From positions 1,152,001 to 1,216,000 of the forward strand of contig OZ251539.1 of assembly GCA_965243135.1 (NCBI GenBank): DNA of 64,000 nt. Reading direction: 5' to 3'. Both the position numbers and the translations under genes were made by a program. Shown in pieces: positions 61,655-64,000 of the stretch. How positions within the stretch are numbered: position 1 is the first letter of the stretch; every line of letters begins with the position of its first letter. A model generated the notes under the pieces. It was not told the origin of the DNA. It ran no database searches and saw nothing but the letters and a program-made list of their open reading frames with translations. This DNA is from Alphaproteobacteria bacterium (GTDB lineage: Bacteria; Pseudomonadota; Alphaproteobacteria; MPNO01; UBA830).

Positions 61655-61872
61655 AGCCGGGCACCGGACGGGTTGGACGTCCCGTCTGGACATTTCGGCA
61701 GGCGGCGGCGCCTCCGCGACAGGCACCGGTAGATCGCGTCGCAGGTCGCCATGCTCCTCGTCGAGGACGGCCGTTGTTTCCGCCGGGTCGCCGCCTTGCG
61801 CGTCGGCAGCTTGACGGGACGCGCTGCCGAGGGAAAGCGCGGCCCGGCGTTCGGCTGGACTCCGTCTCCTCC

Positions 61873-61901
61873 TTGACGGCTTCGGCATGGCGGCTTACCC
61901 T
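61873..61901 (+). promoter_or_regulatory. sigma70-like promoter of array copy 2 (leaderless)
   Basis: TTGACG-N17-TACCCT-N6-ATG. Confidence 0.6.
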
Positions 61902-61907
61902 TTTCGG

Positions 61908-63455
61908 ATGACGAGACGCATGCTTCCGACCGGCATGTCCTCCCTCCGGACGATCCGGGAGCTGGACTGCTACTACGTCGACAAGACCGCCCATGTGCGC
62001 CGCCTCGTCGAGAGGGGCAGGTACTATTTCCTGTCGCGTCCGCGCCGGTTCGGCAAGACCCTTTTGGTGGACACGCTGCAGGAGTTGTTCGAGGGAAGCG
62101 AGGAGTTGTTCCGGGGCCTCGCCGTGCACGACGGGTGGGACTGGTCGGCGCGCCATCCGGTCGTGCGGCTGGATTTCAGCGGCGTGGGCCGCTTCGACGG
62201 CCCGGACGGGGTTCGGGAGACCGTGGAAGCGCAGCTGGAAGAGACGGAGATGCAGGCCGGCCTCGAACCGGGCCCCGCCGGGGCGGCGATCCGTTTCCGG
62301 CGCCTGATAAGGACGCTGCACGAGCGCACCGGGCAGCGGGCGGTCGTTCTGGTGGACGAGTACGACAAGCCGATCCTGGACGCGCTCGGCGACCGGGAAC
62401 TGGCGCTGGCCAACCGCGACTTCCTGCACAGCCTGTACGGGGTGATCAAGGCCTGCGACAGGCAGCTCCGTTTCGTTTTCCTGACGGGAGTGAGCAAGTT
62501 CTCGCAGGCGGGCGTGTTCTCGGGCCTGAACAACCTGCGCGACATCACCCTCGACCCGCGTTTCGGCGCCATGTGCGGTTACACGGACGCGGAGCTGGAC
62601 GCGGTCTTCGCCCCGGAACTCGAAGGCCTGAACCGGGACAAGGTCCGCCGCTGGTACAACGGCTACAACTGGCGCGGGCCGGAGAGGGTCTACAACCCGT
62701 TCGACATTCTCCTTCTCTTCGAAACGCGCGAGTTCGAGGAGCACTGGTTCCAGACAGGCACGCCGACCTTCCTCGCCGACCTTCTGTCGCGTCGCCGGGT
62801 CTCGGCGCCGGACCTGGAGGGCGCGATCGCGAACGCCACCCTGCTGTCGGCCCTCGACGTCGACCGCATTCCCGTCGAGACGCTGCTGTTCCAGACCGGT
62901 TATCTGACCATCGTCGACGAGAAACGGGACGGGGACGCGCTCCTCTACCGGCTGGACTACCCGAACCGGGAGGTGAAGCGCAGCCTGAACGAGCTCCTGC
63001 TGCAGACGATGGTGCCGGACGTCGCGGTCGCCGCGGAGAGCAGGGAGTTGCGCCACCTGATGCGGACGAACGACTTCGCGGGCCTCGAGCGGCAGTTCCG
63101 GGCATTGCTGGCGAGCATCCCGAACGAGTGGTACGCGAACACGGGCCTGGCGGGCTACGAGGCGCACTATGCGAGCGTGTTCTACTCGCACTTCGTTGCG
63201 GCGGGGATGGACGTCCGCGCCGAGGAGAGCACGGCGCGCGGCCGCTCGGACCTGACGGTCCTGTACGACGGCGGCGTCTACCTGTTCGAGTTCAAGGTCG
63301 CGGACGGGAAGCCGGAAGGGCGAGCGCTGGCGCAGATTCGGGAGCGCGGCTATGCGGACAAGTACCGGCGTCCGGGCGTGCCGGTCCACCTGATCGGCAT
63401 CGAGTTCGGCCGGGAGGAGCGCAACATCGTCGGGTTCGAGTTCGAGACCGTCTGA
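61908..63455 (+). CDS. AAA-ATPase-like + PD-(D/E)XK nuclease, copy 2 (intact)
   Basis: YYVDKT, RPRRFGKT, DEYDKP, FSGLNN, YNPF, EAHY, GRSDL..FEFK, QIRERGY. Confidence 0.9.
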   Translation: MTRRMLPTGMSSLRTIRELDCYYVDKTAHVRRLVERGRYYFLSRPRRFGKTLLVDTLQELFEGSEELFRGLAVHDGWDWSARHPVVRLDFSGVGRFDGPDGVRETVEAQLEETEMQAGLEPGPAGAAIRFRRLIRTLHERTGQRAVVLVDEYDKPILDALGDRELALANRDFLHSLYGVIKACDRQLRFVFLTGVSKFSQAGVFSGLNNLRDITLDPRFGAMCGYTDAELDAVFAPELEGLNRDKVRRWYNGYNWRGPERVYNPFDILLLFETREFEEHWFQTGTPTFLADLLSRRRVSAPDLEGAIANATLLSALDVDRIPVETLLFQTGYLTIVDEKRDGDALLYRLDYPNREVKRSLNELLLQTMVPDVAVAAESRELRHLMRTNDFAGLERQFRALLASIPNEWYANTGLAGYEAHYASVFYSHFVAAGMDVRAEESTARGRSDLTVLYDGGVYLFEFKVADGKPEGRALAQIRERGYADKYRRPGVPVHLIGIEFGREERNIVGFEFETV

Positions 63456-63583
63456 AGCCGGGAGCCGTCGACGTCCCGTTCGGACATTTCGGCAGGTGCC
63501 GCCTCCGTGCGCGCCGACGGCTTGACGGGACGCGCTGCCGAGGGAAAGCGCGGCCCGGCGTTCGGCCGGACTCCGTCTCCTCC

Positions 63584-63612
63584 TTGACGGCTCCGGCATG
63601 GCGGCCTACCCT
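63584..63612 (+). promoter_or_regulatory. sigma70-like promoter of array copy 3 (leaderless)
   Basis: TTGACG-N17-TACCCT-N6-ATG. Confidence 0.6.
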
Positions 63613-63618
63613 CTTCGG

Positions 63619-64000
63619 ATGACGAGACGCATGCTTCCGACCGGCTTGACCTCCCTCCGGAAAATCCGGACGAGGGACTGCTACTACGTCGACAAGACGG
63701 ACCATGTGCGTCGTCTCGCCGAAGGGGGCGATTACTATTTCCTGTCGCGTCCGCGCCGGTTCGGCAAGACCCTGCTGGTGGACACGCTGCAGAAGCTGTT
63801 CGAGGGAAGCGAGGAGCCGTTCCGGGGCCTCGCCATACACGACGGGTGGGACTGGTCGGCGCGCCATCCGGTCGTGCGGCTGGATTTCAGCGGCGTGGGC
63901 CGTTTCGACGGCCCGGACGGGGTTCGGGGAACCGTGGAAGCGCAGTTGGAAGAGACGGAGATGCAGGCTGGCCTCGAACCGGGCCCCGCCGGGGCGGCGA
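63619..64000 (+). CDS. AAA-ATPase-like + PD-(D/E)XK nuclease, copy 3 (partial, runs off the window)
   Basis: MTRRMLPTGLTSLRKIRTRDCYYVDKT..SRPRRFGKT. Confidence 0.88.
   Translation, partial: MTRRMLPTGLTSLRKIRTRDCYYVDKTDHVRRLAEGGDYYFLSRPRRFGKTLLVDTLQKLFEGSEEPFRGLAIHDGWDWSARHPVVRLDFSGVGRFDGPDGVRGTVEAQLEETEMQAGLEPGPAGAA

Noticed and set aside
60112-64000. Diversity-generating retroelement explanation for the array variation
   Set aside because: Changes are not adenine-specific (e.g. GCG/GTG, AGC/ACC), and no RT or template repeat is seen in the window

Overview
High-GC alphaproteobacterial chromosome segment, Rhodospirillales-like in gene order. The backbone is housekeeping: recO-parC, a TRAP transporter, ate, phaC, aminotransferase-hom-glpX-recJ, tRNA-Glu, pcm-tolC-popZ-valS, ilvD, xth-erpA-dgt-argS-SPOR-nagZ-scpAB-tatABC-serS-surE-pcm-nlpD, yajC-secDF and trmFO. 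Five accessory signals stand out. (1) A compact AT-rich cassette (ABC/AAA ATPase with an extra N-terminal domain plus a frameshifted HNH nuclease, Septu/PtuAB-like) sits next to a decayed phoX. It is bracketed by inverted copies of an unannotated ~85-bp element that also occurs three times at 318-710. (2) A tandem array of at least 3 near-identical AAA-ATPase/PD-(D/E)XK nuclease genes ends the window, and a 4th paralog tail starts it. Each array copy has its own leaderless-type promoter, and amino-acid variation is patchy. (3) A HipA-like toxin has an intact ORF but substituted catalytic residues. (4) A LigAB-type dioxygenase and an orphan vsr follow tRNA-Glu. (5) cysD/cysNC lie in the same insertion as the cassette. 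All calls come from motif recognition by eye; no searches were run.
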